A stretch of DNA of 62,321 nt, the filler included. It is 3 parts of 3 records of this genome, joined end to end, with 100 filler letters (N's around TTAATTAATTAA, not from the genome) between each part and the next. Parts side by side here need not be neighbours in the genome. Positions count along the whole stretch, not along the records: positions 1 to 15,714 come from SRR31156797_7498; positions 15,815 to 32,559 come from SRR31156797_7502; 1 more part is not named here. One strand, 5' to 3'. Shown piece after piece: positions 10,046-18,433 of this stretch (position 1 is the stretch's first letter; each line of letters starts with the position of its first letter). The position numbers and the translations under genes are program-made. The notes beneath the pieces were generated by a model. It was given only the letters and a program-made list of their open reading frames with translations. It was not told the DNA's origin and made no database searches.

Positions 10046-11323
10046 ATGCTTGACCACATCGATATTGCCATCCAGGGTCAGAACGAGACCCCGTTGCCGC
10101 GCATGATGCCGGTCGAGCAGCGCTTTCCGCGCGACGGAATTTCGGACCCCGCCGCCGCCGTTCGCGAGACCCTGGGAAAGTTGCCGAAACCGGACGTGAA
10201 CGGGAAACGCATCGCCATCACCGCCGGCAGTCGTGGCATCCCGCATATGGTTGACATCATGGTCGCGATGATCGGCCAATTGAAGGAATGGGGCGCCGAT
10301 CCCTTCATCGTTCCGGCGATGGGCAGCCACGGCAATGCGACGGCGGAAGGGCAGCTTGAAGTTCTGGCCGGTTACGGCATTACGGAACAATCCACGGGCG
10401 TTCCCATCCTGTCTTCCATGGAGGTGGTCGAAACGGCGTCGGTCGAGGGGGTTCCTCTTTATTGCGACAAATACGCCATCGAGGCGGACGGTATCGTCGT
10501 TTGCAACAAGATCAAGGCGCATTCCAACTACAAGGGCGATTACGAGAGCGGCCTGTGCAAGATGACGGTCATCGGGCTCGGAAAACACAAGGGGGCGGCC
10601 ATGTTCCATTCCCTCGGATTCGCCCGTTTTGCCGATATCGTTCCGAAGGCGGCGGCCCAACAAATCAAGAGTTTGCCGTTTGTTTTTGCCCTTGGCCTGG
10701 TCGAGAACGCCTATGACGGGCTGGCCGTCATCGAAGCCATGCCGGCCGATCGCATGGTTGCGCGCGAGAAGGAACTGTTGGTCCTGTCGAAAGAAATCAT
10801 GGGCAAATTCCTGATGTCGTCCATTGACGTGCTGATCGTCGACGAGGTTGGCAAGAACATCAGTGGCCAGGGCATGGATCCGACGGTGACGGGCCGGGCG
10901 TCATCCGGGTTGCCGGGATTCGTGGCGCCGCCGATTTCAAGAATCATAATCCGGGACATCTCGGAACCATCACACGGCAATGCCGCCGGCATCGGCGTCG
11001 CCGATCTGGTGACGCTTCGCCTTTACAACAAGCTCGATCTTGGGGCCATGTACACCAACGGCATCACGGCACGCAATCTTGAAGGCGCACGCATACCGAT
11101 GGTCATGAACAACGATCGGCAGGCCATCGAGGTGGCGCTTTTTGCCAGTCTCGGCGTCGACCCGGCGACGGCCAGGATCGTGCGGATCAAGAATACGAAA
11201 AAACTTCAGAAGATCTGGATGTCGGAACCCTATATGGCCGAAGTCGAAGCCAGCGACGGCTTCGAACGGCTGGGGCCGCCGGAACCCATGAAATTCGATT
11301 CCGACGGCTATCTGGTCGACTGA
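10046..11323 (+). CDS. LarA (lactate racemase) superfamily / DUF2088 protein
   Basis: IAITAGSRGI, FIVPAMGSHG, NKIKAH, ESGLCKMTVIGLGKH, GKNISGQGMD. ATG 10046 follows AGGAG. Confidence 0.75.
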   Translation: MLDHIDIAIQGQNETPLPRMMPVEQRFPRDGISDPAAAVRETLGKLPKPDVNGKRIAITAGSRGIPHMVDIMVAMIGQLKEWGADPFIVPAMGSHGNATAEGQLEVLAGYGITEQSTGVPILSSMEVVETASVEGVPLYCDKYAIEADGIVVCNKIKAHSNYKGDYESGLCKMTVIGLGKHKGAAMFHSLGFARFADIVPKAAAQQIKSLPFVFALGLVENAYDGLAVIEAMPADRMVAREKELLVLSKEIMGKFLMSSIDVLIVDEVGKNISGQGMDPTVTGRASSGLPGFVAPPISRIIIRDISEPSHGNAAGIGVADLVTLRLYNKLDLGAMYTNGITARNLEGARIPMVMNNDRQAIEVALFASLGVDPATARIVRIKNTKKLQKIWMSEPYMAEVEASDGFERLGPPEPMKFDSDGYLVD

Positions 11324-11351
11324 TCGACAGATACCCCGGTGGCTCGTGGGC

Positions 11352-12215
11352 TCAGTCTTCCCGGACGATCTTCAGAATACGCGCAAGCTTGTCCGCGTTG
11401 CGGCGGCGCTCTGAATCGACGTCGACGCCGGTCCAGTCGTAAAAACCCTTGCCTGTCTTGACGCCCAGATCGCCCCGGGCACGCATGTCCTGGGGGATCG
11501 GGCTTGCTTCCGCACCATGATGAAGATGCGGCACAACTGCGCGATGGGCCAAGGCATGGGTGTCGATGCCGCTTAGATCCTTCTGGCGGAACATGCCGGT
11601 GACGCTCATACGCGGTCCCAACAGATTGCGAAATACCAGGTCGAGAGTTTCGGCATCGACGACGCCTTCTTCCATCAGATGATAGGCCTCGTGAGCGGTT
11701 GCATGCTGGAGCCGGTTGATCAGGAAACCGATCACCGGTTTCGACAGTCGTATCGGTTTTTTCCCGGTCTCTTCGACGGCCCGGGCCATCGCTTCGAATA
11801 CGGTATCGGTGGTGGCCGCAACCCGGATCAGTTCGACGAATTCGAAGGTTTCGGCCGGTTGAAAATAGTGAAGGCCGCAGAAAACTTGGGGATGGGAAAG
11901 TTCCATCGCCATATCCTCAAGCGGCAGGCAGGACGTATTGCTGGCCAGAACCGTCCGTCCGCCATATGCCTCGTCGAACCGCCGGAAAAGATCGATCTTC
12001 ATCTCAAGGATTTCCGGGATCGATTCGATGATGAGATCGGGCGGGTCGCCCGGCAAATCCGACGTCGCCGTAACGCCAGCCGGCAATGTTCCGATATTGG
12101 CGGGGTTGCGGCTGAGGATGACAGTGCGGAAACCGCCCGCGGCAAACGATGCGGCAATACCCCGCCCCATTACGCCGGAGCCGACAACCATGACGTTACG
12201 AATTTCCTGGCTCAT
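11352..12215 (-). CDS. 3-hydroxyacyl-CoA dehydrogenase family protein
   Basis: VVGSGVMGRGIA Rossmann motif, IIESIPE, ASNTS, GLHYFQP, GFLINRLQ, KTGKGFYDW. Confidence 0.9.
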   Translation of the reverse strand: MSQEIRNVMVVGSGVMGRGIAASFAAGGFRTVILSRNPANIGTLPAGVTATSDLPGDPPDLIIESIPEILEMKIDLFRRFDEAYGGRTVLASNTSCLPLEDMAMELSHPQVFCGLHYFQPAETFEFVELIRVAATTDTVFEAMARAVEETGKKPIRLSKPVIGFLINRLQHATAHEAYHLMEEGVVDAETLDLVFRNLLGPRMSVTGMFRQKDLSGIDTHALAHRAVVPHLHHGAEASPIPQDMRARGDLGVKTGKGFYDWTGVDVDSERRRNADKLARILKIVRED

Positions 12216-12391
12216 TTTTTTCTCCCTCGTGTTGGCGCGCAAGAAAACGAATTTCGCCGCTGTAGACTAGACTTTCGACCTTCGGCAGACCAAGTTTCTT
12301 GCGGCCGAGAAGCTATTCCCCTTGTCGTGCCGATCGCCACTACCTACCCTTTTATACGGGAATTACCCAACCGATCACGGAGGATACCGAA

Positions 12392-12592
12392 ATGCGTTTC
12401 GGAATTTTATTGCTGGCGGTAGCTTCATTGGGCCTAGCCGCATGCGGCGGAAATTCGAGAGGTGCCGGGGGCTCGTTTTTCGATCCCGTATGCGCGCCGG
12501 ACGGTTCGGTCGTCTATGTTCAATATGCCAACAAGAGCGGCCAATACGATGGGGTGCAGGCGAGCAAGGAGAATTGCACCTGGAACAAGTAG
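12392..12592 (+). CDS. Small lipoprotein (66 aa)
   Basis: GGAGG RBS, ATG 12392, hydrophobic leader with lipobox LAAC, two further Cys; followed by a terminator. Confidence 0.75.
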   Translation: MRFGILLLAVASLGLAACGGNSRGAGGSFFDPVCAPDGSVVYVQYANKSGQYDGVQASKENCTWNK

Positions 12593-12634
12593 CCATCGCA
12601 TCCCGGTAATCCGTTTCATCGAAAATCGGGACAT

Positions 12635-12674
12635 AAAAAAAGGAACGAAGGCGATGCCTATCGTTCCTTTTTTT
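12635..12674. terminator. Bidirectional intrinsic terminator
   Basis: A7-GGAACGA..TCGTTCC-T7 between the convergent lipoprotein and tctB genes. Confidence 0.8.
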
Positions 12675-12696
12675 GGTCTCGATCACGGCCTTCTGC

Positions 12697-13161
12697 CTAG
12701 AGGAACGGAGCCTCCGGCAACGGCACCAACAGGGCCTTGGCGAATAAAAGATAGAACCCGCTGACGACGACGACGCAAACAACCGGATAAACGATCAAAC
12801 GGAATCGCGTCCATTGCTCGTACATGGCGAACAGCATGATAAAGGCGAACACCAGTACTCCGGCGATGAAAAACCCGGTGAATGGCATGATGAAAGCGCA
12901 TCCGAGCATGGAGACGACCAAGCCGATGCGGCGGACGGTCGACCCAGGGACACGCGTTACCGTTTCGGTCGCCGGCGGTTTCAGGAAGTTCCAGACAACG
13001 TAGAACGCCGAAAAGGCGATCATGAATAGCGCCACGGTGCGCGGGAAAACGTAAGAATCGGAATCGACCATCCGGGTCGTATCCCAGATCGAAACGATGC
13101 CGATCACGATAAAGATAGCGGCGACAACCATGCCGCCGAGATCGCGTTTGCCGTCAGCCAT
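12697..13161 (-). CDS. tctB: Tripartite tricarboxylate transporter small membrane subunit TctB
   Basis: Multi-TM, FPR motif, C-terminal LFAKALLVPLP; overlaps the end of tctA. Confidence 0.85.
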   Translation of the reverse strand: MADGKRDLGGMVVAAIFIVIGIVSIWDTTRMVDSDSYVFPRTVALFMIAFSAFYVVWNFLKPPATETVTRVPGSTVRRIGLVVSMLGCAFIMPFTGFFIAGVLVFAFIMLFAMYEQWTRFRLIVYPVVCVVVVSGFYLLFAKALLVPLPEAPFL

Positions 13162-14662
13162 TTTCTTTGTCACCTCCCAAGAATTTCACCCGCTTGGCGA
13201 CAAGCGGATAGAACAGCGACAATAGAATGAAAGCGATAATGCCCAGCGAAATCGGGCGCCCGAAGAACATGCCGCCCAGATTTTCCGTCGCGGCGCCGAT
13301 GGTATAACCCTGAACAAATCCCTGTTCGGCGATACGGCTTAGAATCAGACCGAGCACGATCGGCGACGGGGTGAATCCGAACCGGCTGAGAATCCAACCC
13401 ATGACACCAAGCGTGATCATGATAACGACGTCGGATACGTTGTTGCGAATGGCGTATGATCCGATGATCGTCATGAACGCCACGGTCGGTACCAGCATCG
13501 CCTTCGGTACGGTGACAATCGTGCGATAGGCATAGCGTCCGATCAGCAAGCCGGTCGGCAGCATCAGGATGGTTGCCAGGAACAATCCATAGATGAAGGT
13601 ATAGACGATCGAGCCTTCGCCGCTGGTGAAAAGGTGTGGGCCGGTCCGCACACCTTGCACCAAAAGCGCGCCGAGGACGACGGCGTCGGGCGGCGTACCG
13701 GGAATGCCGAGCACGAGAGTCGGGATAAAGCCACCGCCGACGGTCGCGTTGTTGGCCGATTCGGTGGCCTGGATTCCTTCGGGTTCGCCGGTGCCGAAAT
13801 ACTTGGTTCGTTTCGAAGACTGCCGGGCCGCGGAATAGGCGACCAATCCGGCGATCGATCCGCCGGCGCCCGGCAGGATACCGACGATGGTGCCGATCAC
13901 GGGGCTGCGGATCAGATTGAATTTGCCCAGCCAGGATAATTTCAGAGCTTCGCGGAACCGGATTCCTCGCGACTCTCCGACTTCCAGGTGCCGGGCCGGG
14001 GTTGCGACCAGGTCGATCAGCACCGGAACGCAATACAGGCCGATCAGGGCCGAAACGATTTCGATGCCACCCAGGAGCGTTTGGCTGCCGAAGGTGAAAC
14101 GGATATCGGCGCTGACTTCGGCGACGCCGATACAGGATAGAAGAAGTCCGAACGAGCCGCCGATCAATCCCTTGATCAGGCTGCCTTCGGAAAGGGCGGC
14201 GATCAGGGTAAGGCCGAACATGGCAAGCCAGAAATATTCGACCGGGCCGAATGCCAGGGCCACCTCGGCCAGAGGCGGCGCCAGACCGAGAAGAAAGGCG
14301 GCGCCGACCAATCCGCCGATAACCGAGGCGATGCAGGCCAGGGTCACGGCAAGATCGCCGTCGCCACGCTTCGCCATGGGGAACCCATCGAACGTCGTGG
14401 CGATGGCCGATGGCGTTCCCGGCGTGTTCAGCAGGATGGCGGAATACGCCCCGCCATAGATGGCTCCTGTATAGATGGCGCCCATAAGGATGAGCGCCGA
14501 AGCCGGGTCCATGGAAAAAGTAAGGGGAACCAGCACGGCAATTGCCATGGTCGCTGTCAACCCTGGCAAAGACCCGATTACCGTTCCGGCGATGACCCCG
14601 CCTAGTGCAATGGCGATGTGAAATGGTGTCAACGCCGCGAGTAGAAAGTCGATTCCGGGCAT
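13154..14662 (-). CDS. tctA: Tripartite tricarboxylate transporter permease TctA
   Basis: GSLPGLTATM, NTPGTPSAIATTFDGFPM, ESANNA, LGIPG. Confidence 0.95.
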   Translation of the reverse strand: MPGIDFLLAALTPFHIAIALGGVIAGTVIGSLPGLTATMAIAVLVPLTFSMDPASALILMGAIYTGAIYGGAYSAILLNTPGTPSAIATTFDGFPMAKRGDGDLAVTLACIASVIGGLVGAAFLLGLAPPLAEVALAFGPVEYFWLAMFGLTLIAALSEGSLIKGLIGGSFGLLLSCIGVAEVSADIRFTFGSQTLLGGIEIVSALIGLYCVPVLIDLVATPARHLEVGESRGIRFREALKLSWLGKFNLIRSPVIGTIVGILPGAGGSIAGLVAYSAARQSSKRTKYFGTGEPEGIQATESANNATVGGGFIPTLVLGIPGTPPDAVVLGALLVQGVRTGPHLFTSGEGSIVYTFIYGLFLATILMLPTGLLIGRYAYRTIVTVPKAMLVPTVAFMTIIGSYAIRNNVSDVVIMITLGVMGWILSRFGFTPSPIVLGLILSRIAEQGFVQGYTIGAATENLGGMFFGRPISLGIIAFILLSLFYPLVAKRVKFLGGDKENG

Positions 14663-14717
14663 TTTTGTTATCCGTGCTGCTTCCCCGTCAGGTCAGATGC
14701 GTTGTCGCATCTTTTTT

Positions 14718-15680
14718 TTATTGAATTACGCCTGCCTGTTTGGCGGCAGCGGCGGAATCCTTCTTCGCCTTTTCCATGAACGCGTCCAGTTTCGGACCGT
14801 ACGGTGCGTCAACCATGGCAAAACCATTGCTGATCAGGTCCTTGCGGAAACCCGGGTCCTGGTTGATGGCATCGATCATGCTGGCCAATTTTTTGCGAAC
14901 TTCTTCGGGGGCCGATTTCGGCACGGCGATGCCACGGTAGGCGCCGCTGACCAGGTCAAAGCCCAGTTCCTTGAAGGTCGGAACGTCGGGATAGATCGGA
15001 TGGCGTTCTTCCATGGCAACGGCCAACATGCGGGTGCCCTGGTATTTGGAGGGAACCGTCGTGTAACCCCATTCGGCGGCTGTGTTCTTGCCGAGAAGCG
15101 CGGTCACTGCGGCACCGGTGCCCTTGAAGGCGACATAGGTGGTCTTGATGCCGGCCATGGCGTCAAAACGAACCTGGGCCAGATGGTTGGCCGTTCCCTT
15201 GCCCGATCCCGAGAAGATGAGCTTGCCGGGGTTGGCCTTGGCGAAGTCGATCATGTCCTGCAGCGTTTTGAATTCGCTGTCATTGTTCACAACGATCGCA
15301 TCCGGTGTGTAATGGAACATGTAAACGTTGGTGATGTCGTCGGTTGTGAACCCGACGTCTTTCTGCAGCGGCTTGACGACGATATGCGGCAGATTGGTGC
15401 CCATGATCGTGTAGCCATCGCCCTTCATCGAGTTGAGCTGCGCCCACGCAACCGCGCCACCGCCGCCCGGCTTGTATTCGATAACCAGGTTCTGGCCGAA
15501 AATCTTTTTGAAATAGGGTTCTTGGAACCGGGCCGTGATGTCGGATTCGCCGCCGGGTCCGAACGGGATGATGTAGTGGACCGGTTTTTCCGGGAATTCG
15601 GCCTGGGCAGTGGCCATGCCGAACGTCGCGGCGAGGCCGATGGCAGCAGAGGTAAGGGCGATTTTGCCGATTATTTTCAT
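14718..15680 (-). CDS. tctC: Tripartite tricarboxylate transporter substrate-binding protein (Bug/TctC)
   Basis: Signal peptide, FPEKPV..IIPFGPGGESDITAR, YKPGGGG, PDVPTFKELG. Confidence 0.93.
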   Translation of the reverse strand: MKIIGKIALTSAAIGLAATFGMATAQAEFPEKPVHYIIPFGPGGESDITARFQEPYFKKIFGQNLVIEYKPGGGGAVAWAQLNSMKGDGYTIMGTNLPHIVVKPLQKDVGFTTDDITNVYMFHYTPDAIVVNNDSEFKTLQDMIDFAKANPGKLIFSGSGKGTANHLAQVRFDAMAGIKTTYVAFKGTGAAVTALLGKNTAAEWGYTTVPSKYQGTRMLAVAMEERHPIYPDVPTFKELGFDLVSGAYRGIAVPKSAPEEVRKKLASMIDAINQDPGFRKDLISNGFAMVDAPYGPKLDAFMEKAKKDSAAAAKQAGVIQ

Positions 15681-15714
15681 GTTCTCCTCCTAGATGAAAG
15701 ACACTCCCTTTGGG

Positions 15715-15814
15715 NNNNNNNNNNNNNNNNNNNNNNNNNNNNNNNNNNNNNNNNNNNNTTAATTAATTAANNNNNNNNNNNNNNNNNNNNNNNNNNNNNN
15801 NNNNNNNNNNNNNN
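15715..15814. other. Artificial contig spacer
   Basis: N44-TTAATTAATTAA-N44; the 12-mer gives stops in all six frames; composition and gene content change across it. Confidence 0.98.
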
Positions 15815-15854
15815 AAGGGCACAACCCTTTGGCTGGTGCAGGACGGCGTCCTGC
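15815..15854. repeat. Truncated palindromic REP-like element at contig start
   Basis: Hairpins AAGGG-cacaa-CCCTT and GCAGGAC-ggc-GTCCTGC; core resembles 37119-37151. Confidence 0.45.
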
Positions 15855-15892
15855 TTGTTCAGATATATCCGTCGAAGACAGTTTTCGCCCCA

Positions 15893-15921
15893 TTGCCCGA
15901 TGACTGGTTGTCCTTTATACT
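15893..15921 (+). promoter_or_regulatory. Sigma70-type promoter
   Basis: TTGCCC(15893-98), 17 nt, TATACT(15916-21); the expected +1 falls on ATG 15928. Confidence 0.6.
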
Positions 15922-15927
15922 TGGTAC

Positions 15928-16107
15928 ATGGATGAAAAAACAATTGAAGAACTCCGCACACTGGCCGAGGAAAACGGTATCGACCCAGAAGCTCTGCTGG
16001 CAATCGCCAACGCTGACGGGTTACCCGAAGACCTTCAGGACGCCATAGCCGCAGTACTCGGCGACGTCGCGACTTTTGGTCATGCGCTGGAAAAACTGGA
16101 TAAATAG
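15928..16107 (+). CDS. 59-aa acidic hypothetical protein (absent from ORF track)
   Basis: MDEKTIEELRTLAEENGIDPEALLAIANADGLPEDLQDAIAAVLGDVATFGHALEKLDK*; stop lies 2 nt before the thpR ATG. Confidence 0.7.
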   Translation: MDEKTIEELRTLAEENGIDPEALLAIANADGLPEDLQDAIAAVLGDVATFGHALEKLDK

Positions 16108-16109
16108 CC

Positions 16110-16667
16110 ATGCCTCGCCTCTTTATCGGCCTTGGGCTACCAGACTCTTATCAACAAACCGTGAAGCCCTTTACAGACAATCTCAACACAGGACTGGACT
16201 CATCCGTGCGTTGGATTCGCCCCGGCAACTGGCATCTAACGCTTAAGTTTCTGGGGAACACCGACGAAAAGGATATCCCCGCTATCGTTGATGCACTTTC
16301 AGCCATTCATTTCCCACAATTTCCCATGCAGGCAGGAGACGCAGGGGCCTTTCCGAATATGAACAGACCTCGTGTGATCTGGCTCGGCCTCAAGCAAGGG
16401 GCGCAACAATGCGCTGATCTGGCAGGTATAATCGAAGATACTCTGACGAGCATAAGCGTAGCTCGGGAAAAGAAACGATTTCGACCCCATTTGACCATTG
16501 GATGGATCAAGAAATCAGGGCAGGACGACTGGAAATCCATTCTCACCACAGCCAATCAAGACTGGCCCGTATTCACGGCACAACGGTTCACCTTATGGCA
16601 GAGTGAACTGAAACCGACCGGCGCGGTGCATACTGTGTTGAATAATTTCTCTTTGAGAATGGACTAA
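16110..16667 (+). CDS. thpR: RNA 2',3'-cyclic phosphodiesterase (2H family)
   Basis: RLFIGL, two HxT motifs (WHLTL, PHLTI), SELKPTGAVH. Confidence 0.92.
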   Translation: MPRLFIGLGLPDSYQQTVKPFTDNLNTGLDSSVRWIRPGNWHLTLKFLGNTDEKDIPAIVDALSAIHFPQFPMQAGDAGAFPNMNRPRVIWLGLKQGAQQCADLAGIIEDTLTSISVAREKKRFRPHLTIGWIKKSGQDDWKSILTTANQDWPVFTAQRFTLWQSELKPTGAVHTVLNNFSLRMD

Positions 16668-17431
16668 ACGTCGATTTCAACAGCCACAGGGCAGTGGTCT
16701 GAACCCATAACATCGGATTCGATCCATGCGCCCACGACCTTGTCTTTCAATTCTTCGGACACAAAGAAATAATCAATGCGCCATCCCGCATTATTTTTAC
16801 GGGCATTGAAACGATAAGACCACCATGAATAATGGTGCGGTCCTTCTTCAAACAGGCGAAAGGTATCCACATATCCGGCAGCAATAAACTTGTCGATCCA
16901 CGCTCGTTCGCTGGGCAGAAAGCCTGACCTATCCGAGTTGGGTTTGGGATTTTTCAAATCGATCTCAGTGTGTGCGGTATTAAAATCACCACCCACCACA
17001 ATGGGTTTGTCCTTGCGCAATTCCTCGGCATATTCGAGGAAACAATCGTAGAAACCCATTTTGAAATCAAGCCGCTCGTCCGACATCTGACCATTGGGGA
17101 AATAAATATTGAAGAGATGAAAATCCGGGTATTCAAGATGGAGTACACGGCCTTCATTCTGAAAACGAGAGTCAGGAAGCCCCATAGTCACGGCCATCGG
17201 TTCCGGGTTGGAAAAACAGGCCACACCGGAATAGCCTTTCTTTTTCTTGGACCAATTCCAGTAATGATTGGAATAGGAATCCGGTTCGCGATCCTCTTCT
17301 CCGAGCTGATCTGGGTGGGCCTTGGTTTCCTGCAGCATAACCACATCACCGCCGCAACCGTCCAACCAGTCGCGAAAATCCTTTTTGATCACGGCTCGAT
17401 AGCCGTTAACATTCCAGGAATAGATGATCAT
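16664..17431 (-). CDS. xth: Exodeoxyribonuclease III
   Basis: SWNVNG, LQETK, GYSGVA, GDFNTAH, GWRIDYF, SDHCPV. Confidence 0.96.
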   Translation of the reverse strand: MIIYSWNVNGYRAVIKKDFRDWLDGCGGDVVMLQETKAHPDQLGEEDREPDSYSNHYWNWSKKKKGYSGVACFSNPEPMAVTMGLPDSRFQNEGRVLHLEYPDFHLFNIYFPNGQMSDERLDFKMGFYDCFLEYAEELRKDKPIVVGGDFNTAHTEIDLKNPKPNSDRSGFLPSERAWIDKFIAAGYVDTFRLFEEGPHHYSWWSYRFNARKNNAGWRIDYFFVSEELKDKVVGAWIESDVMGSDHCPVAVEIDV

Positions 17432-17443
17432 GCGCACCTCCAG

Positions 17444-17480
17444 AAAAAATGAAGGGGAACCGGTTTGCACCGATTCCCCT
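17444..17480 (-). terminator. Terminator-like hairpin between the 29-aa ORF and xth
   Basis: Minus strand AGGGGAATCGGT-gcaa-ACCGGTTCCCCT followed by a T-tract. Confidence 0.6.
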
Positions 17481-17504
17481 GAAGTGCCGCAATGCGGCCG
17501 AAAA

Positions 17505-17594
17505 CTAGTGTTCGTTCGGGGAACTGACCTTGATCATCACCAAAGCGCCGATCGTCAGGGACAGACCCAGGAAAAACCAAAAATAACCCATCAT
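17505..17594 (-). CDS. 29-aa single-TM microprotein
   Basis: GGAGG RBS then MMGYFWFFLGLSLTIGALVMIKVSSPNEH*; hairpin downstream. Confidence 0.55.
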   Translation of the reverse strand: MMGYFWFFLGLSLTIGALVMIKVSSPNEH

Positions 17595-17721
17595 AATCGC
17601 ATCCTCCGTAAAATCTCGATTAGTCAACAGACTTTTATCAGAAAGTTTGGCGGATGGAAAGACGATTCCTCGCGAACACACAGTCAAATATCGTTTATTG
17701 TTTTACGCTAAAACGCAATTT

Positions 17722-18309
17722 TTATGGCTCTATGGTTGAACCAAGCACTTTTAAAAACTTCCGCATCCACTCGGGATGGGCTGGCCATGCAGGCCCGGTA
17801 ACAATGTTCCCGTCGACACAGGCATTGGAAAAAGTTTCATTGACTTCGCACCATGTGGCACCTGCGGCTTCGATATCGGGTTTGACCGCAGGATAGCCCG
17901 TGCAGGACTTGCCCTTAATGACATCGGCGGCTGTCAACAGTTGCTGGCCATGGCAGACTGCGGCAATGGGTTTATTCGCCTTGGCAAAATGTTGCACACA
18001 GGCAATCACAGCCGAATCCAGACGCAGGTATTCAGGAGAACGTCCACCGGGAATCACCAACGCGTCGTAGTCCTCTGTTTTAATTTCATCAAAAGAAGCC
18101 GTGATCATGAAGTTGTGTCCCGGTTTTTCCGAATAGGTCTGATGCCCTTCAAAGTCGTGCACAGCCGTGGCCACGGTTTCTCCCGCCTTTTTACCGGGAC
18201 AAACGGAATCAACGGCATGCCCCACCATCAGAAGCATCTGGAATGGCACCATTGCCTCATAATCTTCCACGAAATCACCAACCAAAAGCAGAATTTTCTT
18301 TGCAGCCAT
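17722..18309 (-). CDS. DJ-1/PfpI family protein
   Basis: LVGDFVEDYE, IPGGRSPEY, nucleophile elbow AVCHG; ATG 18309 follows GGAGG. Confidence 0.93.
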   Translation of the reverse strand: MAAKKILLLVGDFVEDYEAMVPFQMLLMVGHAVDSVCPGKKAGETVATAVHDFEGHQTYSEKPGHNFMITASFDEIKTEDYDALVIPGGRSPEYLRLDSAVIACVQHFAKANKPIAAVCHGQQLLTAADVIKGKSCTGYPAVKPDIEAAGATWCEVNETFSNACVDGNIVTGPAWPAHPEWMRKFLKVLGSTIEP

Positions 18310-18433
18310 GAGGTCCTCCAAAATATTCAGATTTGACTTTATTCTGTGGTCCTCATCCTTTTTTTTGTCAACCACCCTTATGTGACAAAAGCACGAGCTT
18401 GCCTCGCACCCCGCTCTGCCGTAGAACGTCCCC

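Noticed and set aside
15759..15770. TTAATTAATTAA palindrome, repeated at 32604-32615
   Set aside because: Synthetic six-frame-stop linker inside N padding; not biological.
15836..16048. 70-aa ORF in the track at the contig 2 start
   Set aside because: Overlaps the palindromic element and the promoter; the 59-aa frame at 15928-16107 has better context and composition.
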